Positions 12,523-23,564 of a stretch of 64,000 bases of DNA are shown here, piece after piece. The DNA comes from Camelus ferus (lineage: Eukaryota): contig NC_045696.1 of assembly GCF_009834535.1 (NCBI RefSeq), forward strand, positions 2,916,001 to 2,980,000, written 5' to 3'. Under the pieces are notes generated by a model that worked only from the letters and a program-made list of their open reading frames with translations, did not search any database and was not told the DNA's origin. The stretch's first letter is position 1. Each line of letters starts with the position of its first letter. The translations under genes were made by a program, and so were the position numbers.

Positions 12523-13825
12523 CTGTGTCCCCACATCTGGCCGGCTTGCTCCTGACGGCTGTGCAGGGTCAGGACTGGTCTTCTGAGTCGCTGGGATGGC
12601 CAGTTCCCCAAGTGCCCCGAGAGGTCCGATGCAGGACCCCGTCCTACAAAGGCCTCCTCTCTCCACCTCCAAGTCACCTGCCCGTGCTTGTGACCCGCAT
12701 CTTCGTTGAAGGCAGTGACGGCTGTCCCTGGGTGGCCCCTTGGGATTCATACCCCCGGGAGCTCAGCACAGGTGAGGGGACCATGGCCACCTCCACCCTA
12801 AAGGAGAGGCTGCTGGGGGCCGGGAAGGAGTCAGCCCCGAGCACCAGGAGACGGTGCACCCAAAGCCAGGTGGGGTTCACAGAGCACGAGAGCCCCCCGA
12901 ATCACAGCCACCTCCTGGGGGGTGTGAGCCCCCACGGCCATGCTCCTGTGTCTGGCAGGCAGCCAGAAGAAGGTGCGGATGCCGGGGGCTGACGTGGGGA
13001 GAGGTCCCCAAGTAGGGCCGTGGGAGGAACCCACTGCCCGCAGGCCACTCCCCCATCCCGGACCACTGCCAAGTCGCCCTCCAAAGACAGTCCCCTCCTC
13101 CCTCCTACTTCTTAGAAATGCGAGCTCTCTTGACCCACTCTTTCAGTGCCTCGGTCTCCTGTGCTAGAAATTAATCCAACTAGTAAAATCACGAGTGGTT
13201 TTGATCCGGGCAGTGAGCCTGAGCCCGGGGGATAAAGGGGTGATGCCTTCCTCCAGGTGACTTACGCTCATTACACAAGAGCCCTGGGGGAAACGCTTTC
13301 CCTCCCAGGAGCCAGCTGGTTCTGGAAGACTCGGGGGGTGGGGCAGGCCAAGGGAGAAGGTCACCTGGGCTCTGTCCTTTAATGGTCCTCAGTTAACAAG
13401 CTGCTTAAAGGCAAAACAAAAACACCTCACAGCCTGATTGTTGTCTCTGTAGCCAGATACTGGAAGCCTCCCACGTTCAGGTCAACACGGCTCTCCAGGG
13501 GAGCTTTGAAAATTAATTAACGGCCTCTTTAGCTTGCCTGTTTACAAGTAATGGCGGCACTTAAGGTGGCTTCCGAGTGGGGAGGGCAGGAAGGAGCCGG
13601 TGGAGCTGGCGGGGGGGGGGGGTGCACCTGCTGTCCCCCGGCCCCTCCATCTGCCCCCCAGGTGGTGACTGTGCGACTGTCCACCTCCGTAAATGTAGGT
13701 GGTGACTCGGCAGTGAGCATTTTTTGTGTTCTCTATTGGAAACCCTTCCCACGTCTGGAGGGTTCTCTCCCCGATGGGGCTTGGCGGGGATCTGAGCTTG
13801 CCCCCTGCACAAGACGGAAATATCA

Positions 13826-14232
13826 TATGCTCACGGCAGTGAACTGTGCCCCCGAGGAGACAGGCTCACCTCCCCACCCCCAGAACCCATGAGTGTGACC
13901 TTGTGCAGAAAAAATGATCTCGAGGTGCGACCACGCTGGGTTAGGGTGGGCCCTAAGTCCAAAGGCAGGTGCCCTGAGAGGAGAAGGTAGAAGGAGGCTT
14001 GAGACGCAGAGGGGAGGGGAGGGGCCGTGGGAGACGGTGGCTGTCTGGAGCGATGCAGCCGAGAGGCCTGTGGGCAGCACCCAGAGCTAGACTTTCCCCC
14101 AGAAGGACCTGACCCTGCCCACAATTTGATCCAGGACGTCTGGCCTCCGGAGCCACGGAAGAATACGTGTGTGTTGTTTTAAGCCCCTGGTTTGCGGTCC
14201 TTTGTCATGACAGCCGCTGGAAACGGACGCAT
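13826..14232 (+). mobile_element. MLT1-type (ERVL-MaLR) solo LTR
   Basis: Diagnostic motifs gtgtgacctt, gggtgggccctaa.tcca, ctggcctcc.gagcc, tgttgttttaagcc...gtttgcggtcctttgtcatgacagcc. Confidence 0.85.
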
Positions 14233-15755
14233 TCACTTTCTCTGGCCTCCCTTGCAGCGACGGCATGGGCCTGTGGTCCAGCTCTGCCCAGACTCTGGAC
14301 CTGTAGCTGGTGTACGGAGAAGCAGCCTCATGCTGGCAGCAGTGGCCACAGGGCCTGGGGGCCCAAGCACAGGTCCTGTGGCGCGAGGGGAGGTACTGCA
14401 CGTCTGGGGCTCAGATATAAGAGATGGGTGTTCTCATGGCATCAGCTCTATGAGGGCTTTGGGGCACCGGTCCTGCCTCAGACATGCTGAGCCCTGTCTC
14501 TGCACCTGCCCAGCACCCAGGAGGGCTCCCCCAGGTCCCCCGGGGAAAGACCCCCTTTCTGCTTGGTGCAGGCACAACCAGGGCCTGCGGCTGCCCCTGC
14601 GGCGGGCTGCCACTGCATCTTTCTAACCTGCATCCTCCTCGCAGCGGCCCAGCCTCTTCAGCCGACATCAAGAGTGGCCCGGCCGGGGCTGGGTGCTGGC
14701 CCCAGTTTTATTCCCTTTTGCAATTTGCTGAGTGAACTTGAGCAGATCACTTCCTCTCTTGGTGGCTTCTTCGTCACCAACGGGGAAAATAAAACGGTTC
14801 TGAAGCTCCAACAACCACACGGATTTTAAAAACGTCATTGCACTTGGAAAAGTATGACCATGTAAATCATGATTCAAGTTATTTAGGTGAGCTTTTGTTT
14901 TTTAAGAGGATCCTGAATTTTTTGTCTTAGAAAAATCTGAGCAATTCATACAAGATGTGAAAAGTGACCTTCAGTGAGTCCTATGATACGAATCAGCCAG
15001 GCAGAGTCTGGTGACGCCACGACCCTCACTGCTCTCGGGTTTGGATTCTGTGTACTCATCCCGAAGTCAGTGAATGTGGTGCCCATGAACCGGCAACCTT
15101 GGCCTTGACATTGACAGAGCCGTCCTGCTGTGTGCCTAACCAGGAACTACGCGCCACCTGGAATTCAAACATTGTTCCTTATCTTATGGATGGGGACACA
15201 AAGGGTGAGTGACTGGAAGCTGTTTTCCTCCCAGAGTTTTAGCTCCCTGATCACTGAATCAAGACTTGGTGATGATCTCGTAGGCATTTTCCAAAAATTA
15301 CCAAGAAACAACATAAAACCTCATGAAACCAGAGAGGATGGGTCAGCGGCTCACTTATATAAAAAGAGACACACACTGGATGTTCTGCAGAAGGCCGTCC
15401 CTGGAGGGGGCTGGGTCTGGGGGCCTCACGGTTTCACTCTGGGCTCTTCTGCATGGAGGGGACGGGGTGCCAGGCGCCGTCCTACTGTGACATGTACTGT
15501 GTTGCAAGTTATCCCCACACTTACAAACGCCCTGTGTTACTGAGTTACTTTTAAAATAGGATAAAACGCTTTAAGATTAGTCACTGTTCTGGCCCCTGTT
15601 ATCTTCAAAGGTAAATTCCGAGCAGCTCACAAAGAAGAGGCCCTCACCTTCGGCCTCCGCTCCCTGGCCCTCACCACACCCCACTGGGCCCCGTGGTTAA
15701 CTGAAACAGAGGTTAAAAGACGCATCAGGGAAAAGGAAACAAAAACCCCACTCAC

Positions 15756-15826
15756 GTTCGACCCGTTTCTCTAGCACGGCCAAGTGGTTTGCAACTTCAG
15801 CTTTCAGTTCGTTGATTTTAAATGCC
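15756..15826 (-). CDS. PDE9A: PDE9A coding exon 7 (71 nt): (R)[23 protein letters not shown]
   Basis: tttttcctcctcag|GGCATTTAAA...GTCGAAC|gtgagt; phase 2 to 1. Confidence 0.97.
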
Positions 15827-16705
15827 CTGAGGAGGAAAAAAACAAAACATCAATATAACTCACACAATCCTCAAAGTTAAAATGGGTTCAGCCAACGCCT
15901 GCTGGCTCCCTGCCAAGAGTGAGGTCTACAGGAGGCCAGTGAGGGGCGCGCAGGGGAGCTGCATCTGTGGAACTCACGGGGTTGGGGGTGCGGAGGAACA
16001 GGACACACCCTCCAGTTATCTCGAGGGTGCCTTCTCCAAGACGGGGACACGGAGCAGGTGTCTTTACGTCCCCACACCTGAGAGTGAGCAGACGCTCTCC
16101 GGGGGCGGGGGAAGGGGACCCGCGTCCTCTGCTCACAGCTGGCACAACCCAGCCCCCATCCCACCCTGCTGGGCGCAGACCGCCTTCAGGGGACCTGGTG
16201 TGCCCTCTCCAGGCCTCTGAGTCATACAGTTCAACAACTCCTGGGCTTTAAGAAAATACCCTCTGCCCTTTCCCCATTTTAACTACCCCAGGCCGGTTAA
16301 AATGCCAGTGAAGTAGCTAGGGAATGGAAAGCATTTCCTCCAGAACTGGCAGGCTGACTCGGAACGAGAGGAAGCCCCTCCAGCTACATGGGAGCTCAGG
16401 GAAACCCTCCTTTAAAGCTGTCCGCTCTTGTAGGTTCAAGTCCTGGCCCCAGAAAAGCCAGCTGAGAGAATGCTCAGCAACAGGGGCTCTCGTTCTGAAA
16501 GTGCCCCCGTGACACGGCCTGTGGTGCAAGGTGGACGCTTTCTGGCCCCCATCCGAGTCACAGAGCGATGTCACTGGGAAGGGGGCTTCTCAAGTGCTGT
16601 GTTGGAGCCTGGCGGCCAGGACAGCCTCAGAGCAAGGGGCCCAGCACCGCCGCCGAGAGAGGAAGCACCGCGCTCTGGGGACCGCGTGTCGAGGAGATTC
16701 TGCAC

Positions 16706-16760
16706 CTCGAGAACTGCTCGGCCACCTGGGTCAGCACGCTCTGGATCAGTTCTTCTTTCT
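16706..16760 (-). CDS. PDE9A: PDE9A coding exon 6 (55 nt): (E)KEELIQSVLTQVAEQFS(R)
   Basis: tcttgtcatctgcag|AGAAAGAAG...TTCTCGAG|gtgcag; phase 1 to 2, in frame with exon 4. Confidence 0.96.
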
Positions 16761-16857
16761 CTGCAGATGACAAGAGAGAGACTGATGGGAGAAACACTCC
16801 TCGGACCGTCAGGGGCCGCATCTGCATGCTGTGGGCGGTGGTGCTGACGCCGGGCAC

Positions 16858-16998
16858 CTGGAGGGACGCCCTGCCACCTGCCGGCAGCAGGGCCTCACCT
16901 GGGCCTGGGGTCTCCTACCACCTGCAGACGTGCTTTCGCTCCTGGGCTGCTGCTCGGCAGAGTGGCCGGGGCTGTGGTCCCCCTGCCGTTGGCACCAG
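16858..16998 (-). pseudogene. PDE9A: Degenerate pseudo-exon orthologous to human PDE9A alternative exon 5
   Basis: Lies 97 nt upstream of exon 6. Translates AGANGRGTT...GDPRPR*GPAAGRWQGVPP versus recalled human AGVEDKRTT...VEPRPREPQGCYQEGQRIPP. Acceptor reads ttttactg| (no AG); in-frame TGA at 16895-16897; ends CCTCCAG|gtgccc. Confidence 0.8.
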
Positions 16999-17559
16999 CA
17001 GTAAAAGGTGCTCAGGACAGGGTCCCTAAAGCCGGGACTAGTTTTCAGGCAGGGCCCTGGTCCATTTTATGAGGGCAATTACTATGACAAAGCGAGTTCA
17101 AGGCATATTTTAAGTGCAAAACACTGTTCTCGAGGCAGGTCCCAGGGAGGAAGTGGGCCGGGGGGAGCGAGGCTGCCCCTTGGTTGCCTGTCACATGAAA
17201 CCGGGCTGCGTGGCTGGTTTTACAAGGATCAGGCCCCAGGCTGAATACAACCTGCCCGTTTTCCTGTTTCCTGACTGGGCCCAACGCAGGATGCCTTGTA
17301 GGAAGGTGTGGGCTGTGTGGCCCTGTTCCAGCAACTCTGTGCCCTTGGGGAGGGGGAGCTCTTTTCTTGGCTCCGGGGCCCTCGGCTCACACCCTAAACA
17401 CTGAGGACCTAAATCAGGCTTCCTCCTGATTCCATGTTGACCTGAGTGAGGCCTAACCATCCACTAAAACCAACCCAAATCAAAACCAAACCAAGCCTGC
17501 CTAAACAAATAATCTCAATCATCCAATTTGGCAATGAGTCTCAAAAGCTCAGAACGTTC

Positions 17560-17940
17560 ATGTGCTGTGCCCTAATGCCTCCGTTTCTAGGAAACAACCA
17601 CGTGTGTTCACAGAAGATGTTCATCACACTGTTACTTAGCACAGTGAAAACCCTAGCAGCCTATACGTCCATCAAGTGGACATCAAATAAGTGACGGTGT
17701 TTCTACACCATGGGAACATATTCTGCTATTAGACATAATACCTTGGAAAATGCTCATGTCTACTGTTGAAGTAAAAAAAGCCTGTAACACCATGTGACTT
17801 GATTTTTGAAAACACTGGGAGGGTACACTCCGAAATAACAGTAGTAGTTACTTTTTGGTTGTAAGATTATGTGTAAACTTTTCCCTTTATTTTTGTTTCT
17901 CTATATCTAACACATTTCTATGATAAACATAATGTTAATT
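17560..17940 (+). mobile_element. Old L1 (L1ME-like) 3' end
   Basis: aagatgttcatcac..., ctacaccatgggaacatattctgctatt and an AT-rich terminal segment. Confidence 0.6.
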
Positions 17941-18359
17941 CATAAACATGTTTTAAAAGTCAGCCTCTCAGACCCCACCCCTCCACTTGCCAGATGAAAG
18001 GGTGGACCAGATGACCCAAGATTCCCTCTGGCTTCGGCTCTATGACTCAGATGATGAGAAGAAAACCGAAGTCTTGTTGTATCTCTTAGAGCTGTGAGAG
18101 TGAAAACGCCAGCCAGGAAGCACACTGCTGAGCTGATCTGAGCCCTATCCTTCAGAGACGCCCGTACCCACCAGGGAAGGGAATGGCGACCCCACTGATG
18201 AGAACACCCAGTAAGAAGGCTTCACAGGCCTCCCTGGTGAACACAGCAGGATTTTAGACCTCTTATTCTGGAATCTTCGGCAAAAGTAATGGGTCACATA
18301 AGCTTCATGAGTGAGTGATCTACCTCAAAGTCTTGAGATAAATTTATAAGTCCGTCAAC

Positions 18360-18790
18360 AATTAACATTTATAGATTACTCCACTTAACAGTAGGACACA
18401 CATTCTTTTCAGGTGCCCACAAAGCATACACCAAGGCAGACCACATGCTAGTCCACAAAAAAAACCCTCAACAAATTTAAAAGAATTGCAACATATGGAG
18501 TGTGGTCTCTGACCTTTAAGAGAATCGAAGTAGAAACCAGTAACAGAAAGACAGCAGGAACACTGCAAATGCTCTGAAGCTAAACAACACACTGCTAAGG
18601 AAATCTCAAGGGATACAGAAATAGACACAGAACTGAATGAAAATGAAAAATACAACACATCAAAATTTAGCTGTGGGACACAGCCAAAGCAGTGCCGAGA
18701 GGAATATTTATAGCACTGCAATGCTTGCAATAGCAGAGAGGAAAAATCTCAACTCGATAATCTAGAACCTAGGAAACACAAAGCACAGTA
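18360..18790 (+). mobile_element. L1 ORF2 (post-endonuclease region) degenerate fragment
   Basis: cacattcttttcaggtgcccac...agaccacatgctag...ctcaacaaatttaaaagaattg...aatgaaaatgaaaaatacaacacatcaaaa are typical L1M motifs. Confidence 0.85.
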
Positions 18791-18799
18791 AACCCACAC

Positions 18800-19820
18800 A
18801 TTGCTGGTGGGAATAGAAAATGGTTTTCTAGCTACTCTGGAAAATGTTTTGGCAGTTTCTTTTTCTTTTTTTTTTTTCTTTCTTTTTCTTTTTCGTAGTA
18901 CTATAGCTTATATTATTGAAAAAAAACCTGAGCATAAGTGGACCTGCACAGTTCAAACCCATGTTATCAACTATATATATATGTTGATATATATATATAT
19001 CATATATATATATATGAACTAAAATAATTCTTACTTTGTATTGAAGCATAGTCAATTTACACTGTTAGTTTCAGGTATGCAGCAAGACAATTCAGTCTTA
19101 CATACATATGTTTCTTTTCCATTACAGTTCATTACGAGAAACTGAACATAGTTCTCTGTGCTATACAGTCGGTCCTTGTGGCAGTTTCTTTAAAAAAACC
19201 AAATGTGCAACTACCGTACAACTTAGCAATTGCACCCTGGGGCCGAGAAATGACAAGTTATAGTCACACAAAAGCCTGGACACAATGTTCAGAGAGGCTT
19301 TATTTTTAATAACCCCAAACCAGAAACAACCCGGATGCCCTTTGGTAGGTGACTGGATGAACAAACTGTCCAGCCACACCGTGGAATATTACCCAGTAAT
19401 AAAAAGGACTGAACCTGTGATACACGCAACAACCCGGATGCATGTCCAGAGAACTACGCTGAGTGAAGAAAGTCAATCCCCAAACTCACCTACTGGATGA
19501 ACATGATGATAGAACATTCTTGAAGTGACAGAATTGTAGAGATGGAGAGCAGACTCATGATTGCCAAGGGTTGAGGAGGGGTGGGGAATAGAAAGGGCTT
19601 GGCCGAGGCTATAAAAGGATGGCGGCAGGGATCCTCGTGGGGTTGGAATGTTCTGGATCCGGGCTGCATCAGTGTCAGCAGCCCGGTGGTGAGATCTCAC
19701 TAGAGTCTGAAAGACGTCACCACTGGGGGAAATGGGCAGACAGTGTCTCTCTGCATTTTTTCTTACAACTGTGTGTGACTCTGTAACTTTTTTAAAAGAA
19801 AAAATTTAAATAAAAAACTT
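18800..19820 (+). mobile_element. L1MB/MC-like 3' end interrupted by a Tigger-like end (~18900-18972), a (TA)n run (~18973-19015) and an antisense younger L1 3' fragment (~19030-19180)
   Basis: cattgctggtgggaat...; aatgttcagagaggctttatttttaataaccccaaaccagaaacaacc; ataagtggacctgcacagttcaaaccc (Tigger2-like terminus). Confidence 0.75.
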
Positions 19821-20457
19821 AATGTACAAAATGGAAAGAAAAAGAGGAATTTTCCTTTGGACTTTTGAGGTGGGTTCCTTTGAGCATTACAGGATTTTAA
19901 TGGCTAAATTTAATGTCCAGCCCAAGCAATAAGGATGCTTTTCGTCACTGTACCCCATACCTTCCTCCTCCGGCTCTGTCTGCAGCGCGGACATTCGGAC
20001 ATCCGTACTCCGGTCCGTGTCCTAGCTACACCTCACCTGCGTGCCACCCGGGCCAATGTATCTGTAATCCGCAGAAAGGGCACCAGCACAAAGGTGAGGC
20101 TGTAGCGAGGAAGCCCCACCGCCAGGTCGTGGTCCTCCCACTGATGTCACAGAGGTAATCTAGCCCCAGCTGCCTCTTTAGATACTGCACAATCTGCATT
20201 CTTTTCAAGGGGAAAAGAGCAAAAAAATGCCTCTGTGTAGAAGGCCAACCACACCCACACGTCCATAAACAGGGCTTGACCAGGAAATGGGCGCCTCCCC
20301 CGCCCCAGCCAAGCGCACTGGAATTCCTGCCGCGGGGCACTGTTTCCTCCCAGGGGACTTCGGCACTTACGCTGAACTGTGGCTTACTGTGTGCGAACTG
20401 CTCAGGACAGTGCCTGGCCCGTGGTGAGTGTCGCCTGTGAGCTGCTGCTGGTGCTGG

Positions 20458-20607
20458 CGGCGTTATGTCACTCAGGGTCGCCAAGTGCCACAGGAGTTGC
20501 TGTTGCGCCACTGAGGGTCACGGACCGCCACAGGTGGCGTTACGTCGCTCAGGGTCGCCACGGGAGTGTTACTACATCGCTAAGAGCTGCCAAAAGCCAC
20601 AGGCGAC
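20458..20607. repeat. Degenerate ~38-bp minisatellite, about 4 units
   Basis: Recurring ggcgtta(t/c)gtc(a/g)ctcagggtcgcca and gccacagg blocks. Confidence 0.65.
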
Positions 20608-20614
20608 ACCCCTT

Positions 20615-20975
20615 CTGCTTTTTCTAACCCCGTTACTGTGGTGTGGCTCCTGTGCAGTAAACTCCACATACTTCAGGTGTACAGTTTGATGGTTTTGATA
20701 GATGTCCACACCCATGAAACCACCACCGCAATCACGACAGTGAACGTTTCCCTCTCTCCCCAAGAGCTGCAATTTTCGAATTCCCGATTTACCCCTTCCC
20801 ACCCCCTTCACCCCCTGTTAGTTCTCTGTGTCTGTGAGTCTGTTTCTGTTTTGTAGGTGAGTTCATTTGTGCCCTTTTTTTTTTTTTAAGATTCCACACG
20901 TAAGCGATATCGTATGGCAGTTTTCTTTCTCTTTTTGGCTGACTTCACTCAGAAGGACAATCTCCAGGTCCACCT
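20615..20975 (-). mobile_element. Old L1M 3' end (~20615-20760) abutting a younger artiodactyl-type L1 3' fragment (~20770-20975)
   Basis: gtgtacagtttgatggttttga...acccatgaaaccaccacc; tctgtgagtctgtttctgttttgta...gattccacacgtaagcgatatc is the reverse complement of the L1 at 25266-25759. Confidence 0.8.
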
Positions 20976-21889
20976 GACGCCCCTCTTGCTTTGAGCTTCT
21001 CCCGGGTGTCCACACAGCCCCGGGGTGACAGGCTGAGCTCTGGAGGGGACCAGTGTCAGGCTGAGAAGCAGGAGCACCCTCCCCGCAACGTCCCGGAGGA
21101 GCCCTTCCCAGCCCCCGTGCCCCCGCGGCTGCAGACACCCCTGAACCCCGGGCGTGGGGGTGACAAGCAGTTTTCATTCGCAAATGTTAGTCATTCCCAG
21201 CCTTCGTGGCCAAAGCGCTCCCGATCAGAAAACGGATACATGCGGGAACCCCACCGCTTTCTCCTAAATGCCGTGTGGCATACACTGAATTTTAAAGATG
21301 AAAGCGTATTCAAGTAATTTTACTTTGTGAATTTTTAAATAGCTTTAAGAATAACCAGCAGCAACCAGGGATGCTGGCAATTAAGGGCTGGACATGACAC
21401 GGTCTTCAGGGTCCCCTCTGGACCTTAAAGGTTTTCTTTTAGAAAATTGGGAGAGGAGACAAGGCTGAGAGAACGGGAGGCAGCGTGGACCACAGCTGGT
21501 CCATGCGGATGGAGGCTGCCGCGGAGCCAGCCCGTGGTCTCCAGAGAAAGGTCTGCTCCACCAGGGCAGCCGGCGAGTCATTGAGGAGTCGTCCCGGGCC
21601 TGGGGCCGTATGGTGAACATCACTGCTCCATTTCACTGTGAGTCCCTCCTGGGCACCACGGCAAGGTTCGGCCCCCGGGTGATTGGTCGTCACAGCAGGG
21701 CCTCAGGAGGCCCGTCAGCAGCCTCTTCAGGTCTGAGCTGCTTCTCATCTGCTCTCGCCTGGACTGGCCCGGGCAGGCGCTCCCAGGTGCCTGTCCGGGG
21801 GGAAATGCTGGTGCTGGCAGAGTCTCTCACATATTAGAGAAGAGTTTAGTTCCAGGACTGTCTTGAAGTCTGGCAGAATCTGAGTCTAG

Positions 21890-22469
21890 CTTTTTGTTTT
21901 GTTTTGTTTTCTGGGGGGCGGGGTAGGTAATTAGGTTTATTTATTTCAATGGAGGTTCTGGGAATTGAACCCAGGACTTTGTGCAGGCAAATCATGCACT
22001 CTACTGCTGAGCTATACCCTCCCCACCTTAAAAAAATTGTTTTTAAATTGAAGTATAGTCAGTTTGCAATGCTGTGTCCATGTCTGGTGCATAGCATCAT
22101 GTTTCAGTCGTCCACACACAGACACACATTCCTTTTCATATCCTTCTTCACTATAGGTCACTACAAGATATTGAATACAGTTCCCTGTGCTGCACAGAAG
22201 AAACCTGCTGTTTATCTATTTTACATATAGTAGTGTGTATCTGCAAATCTCAAATAGTTTTTTTTCTTATTTTTAAAATGTATTAGTGAAGTGTAGTTGA
22301 TTTACAACGTTAGTCTCAGGCGGGTGGCAAAGTGACTCAGCGACACATATACGTGCATATTTACATTTTCTTCTCAGATTTGTTTTCATTATATGTTATC
22401 ACAAGAAATTGAATAGAGTCCCCTGTGCTATCCAGTAGGTCGTGGCTTTTTACCTGCTTTATACATAGT
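21890..22469 (-). mobile_element. Composite: Vic-1-like SINE (21891-22024) plus two L1 3'-terminal fragments (~22030-22253 and ~22260-22469)
   Basis: SINE A/B boxes; two copies of the gaagt(a/g)tagt...t(a/g)caa L1 terminus; flanked by direct repeat tctgagtctag (21879-21889 and 22470-22480). Confidence 0.85.
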
Positions 22470-23415
22470 TCTGAGTCTAGTTTTAAGGAGGCTGCCAAAT
22501 CTTGCTGTGGGTCTGCACCAGAGCGGCCCCAGGACCCGCTCCTGGAACAGAACTGAGGGGTCTGGAGCCACCCACCCCCTGGAGATGACGGGAGAGCTGC
22601 CTACGGGGGTTTGCAGGCAGGATTCAGCCTGTGGGGTGGCAGGACGGGCACCCTCCCCTGCGGTGTTTAGACAGCCGCCCCGACCAGTAGCCAGGGCAGC
22701 ATCCACCACCCCGACCCCGGGCCGCCCTCCCCGATGCCAGGCTCCGCCTTGGGCTGCTGCGGATGCTTCAAGGAGCCCGCCTCCGCTTCTCCCAGCCCTT
22801 CCAGGAATTGTTTACTTGTTTCAGATAAATCCTGAGTCTCCGTGGCACAGAATGACATAAAACTCTGGTTTAACAGATCGACAGGACAGCTCAACCCTAC
22901 AATTCCCACTCTAAAGACTGGTCTAACACGAGGCGCTGATTCGGTAGGGCCCGCCAGCTGATCGGTGCATCTCCACCCAGCGCTGAACAGAATGGCAGCC
23001 ACGGCCAGTCTTCCACCCTCCACAGCCCTGGGTGGGCCGGGACCCGCACCTTCCCCCACCCCGGGGAAAACGGCCCCTCACAGCCCCAGTAATGTACGGG
23101 CCTCCCACCTGCGCACTGAGGGAGGGCGGCACGGGGACATCCGCACGGGCGTCTGAACCCCAAGCTTTTGACCCCCTCAATGGTGCGAGGAGTAATACCC
23201 TGTGGGCATGCGTGCGGCGCTGGAGTCCGGACGGGTCCCCATCTCTCTGACACGTCTGCAAGTGTTGCACGAGGTTGCTGTTGCGTTTCCGCTGTTCACC
23301 TGATGCTCGGGCTGTTTCACCGTATCACCCTCACCCGGGGACTGAGAGACCGAGCACCCTCCAGCAAATACACAGTCGACTGGCACCCTTCCAAAGCGTT
23401 ACATTTTTCATTACT

Positions 23416-23564
23416 CTTTTTGTTTGTTTGTGTGTTTTCCTTTGTGTGTGTGGGGGTTAGGTAGGTAGTTAGGTCTATTTACTTATTTATTTTTCACTGG
23501 CCGCCCTGAGCCCAGGACCTCGTGCCCGCTCAGCACGCGCTCCGCCACTGAGCTCTACCCTCCC
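23416..23564 (-). mobile_element. tRNA-derived SINE (Vic-1-like) with a partly deleted B-box region
   Basis: cccaggacctcgtgcccgctcagcacgcgctccgccactgagctctaccctccc plus T-rich tail. Confidence 0.85.

Noticed and set aside
20458..20607. Repeat-spacer appearance suggestive of a CRISPR array (also 7968-8058)
   Set aside because: Mammalian intron, no unique spacers, no cas genes; these are tandem repeats.
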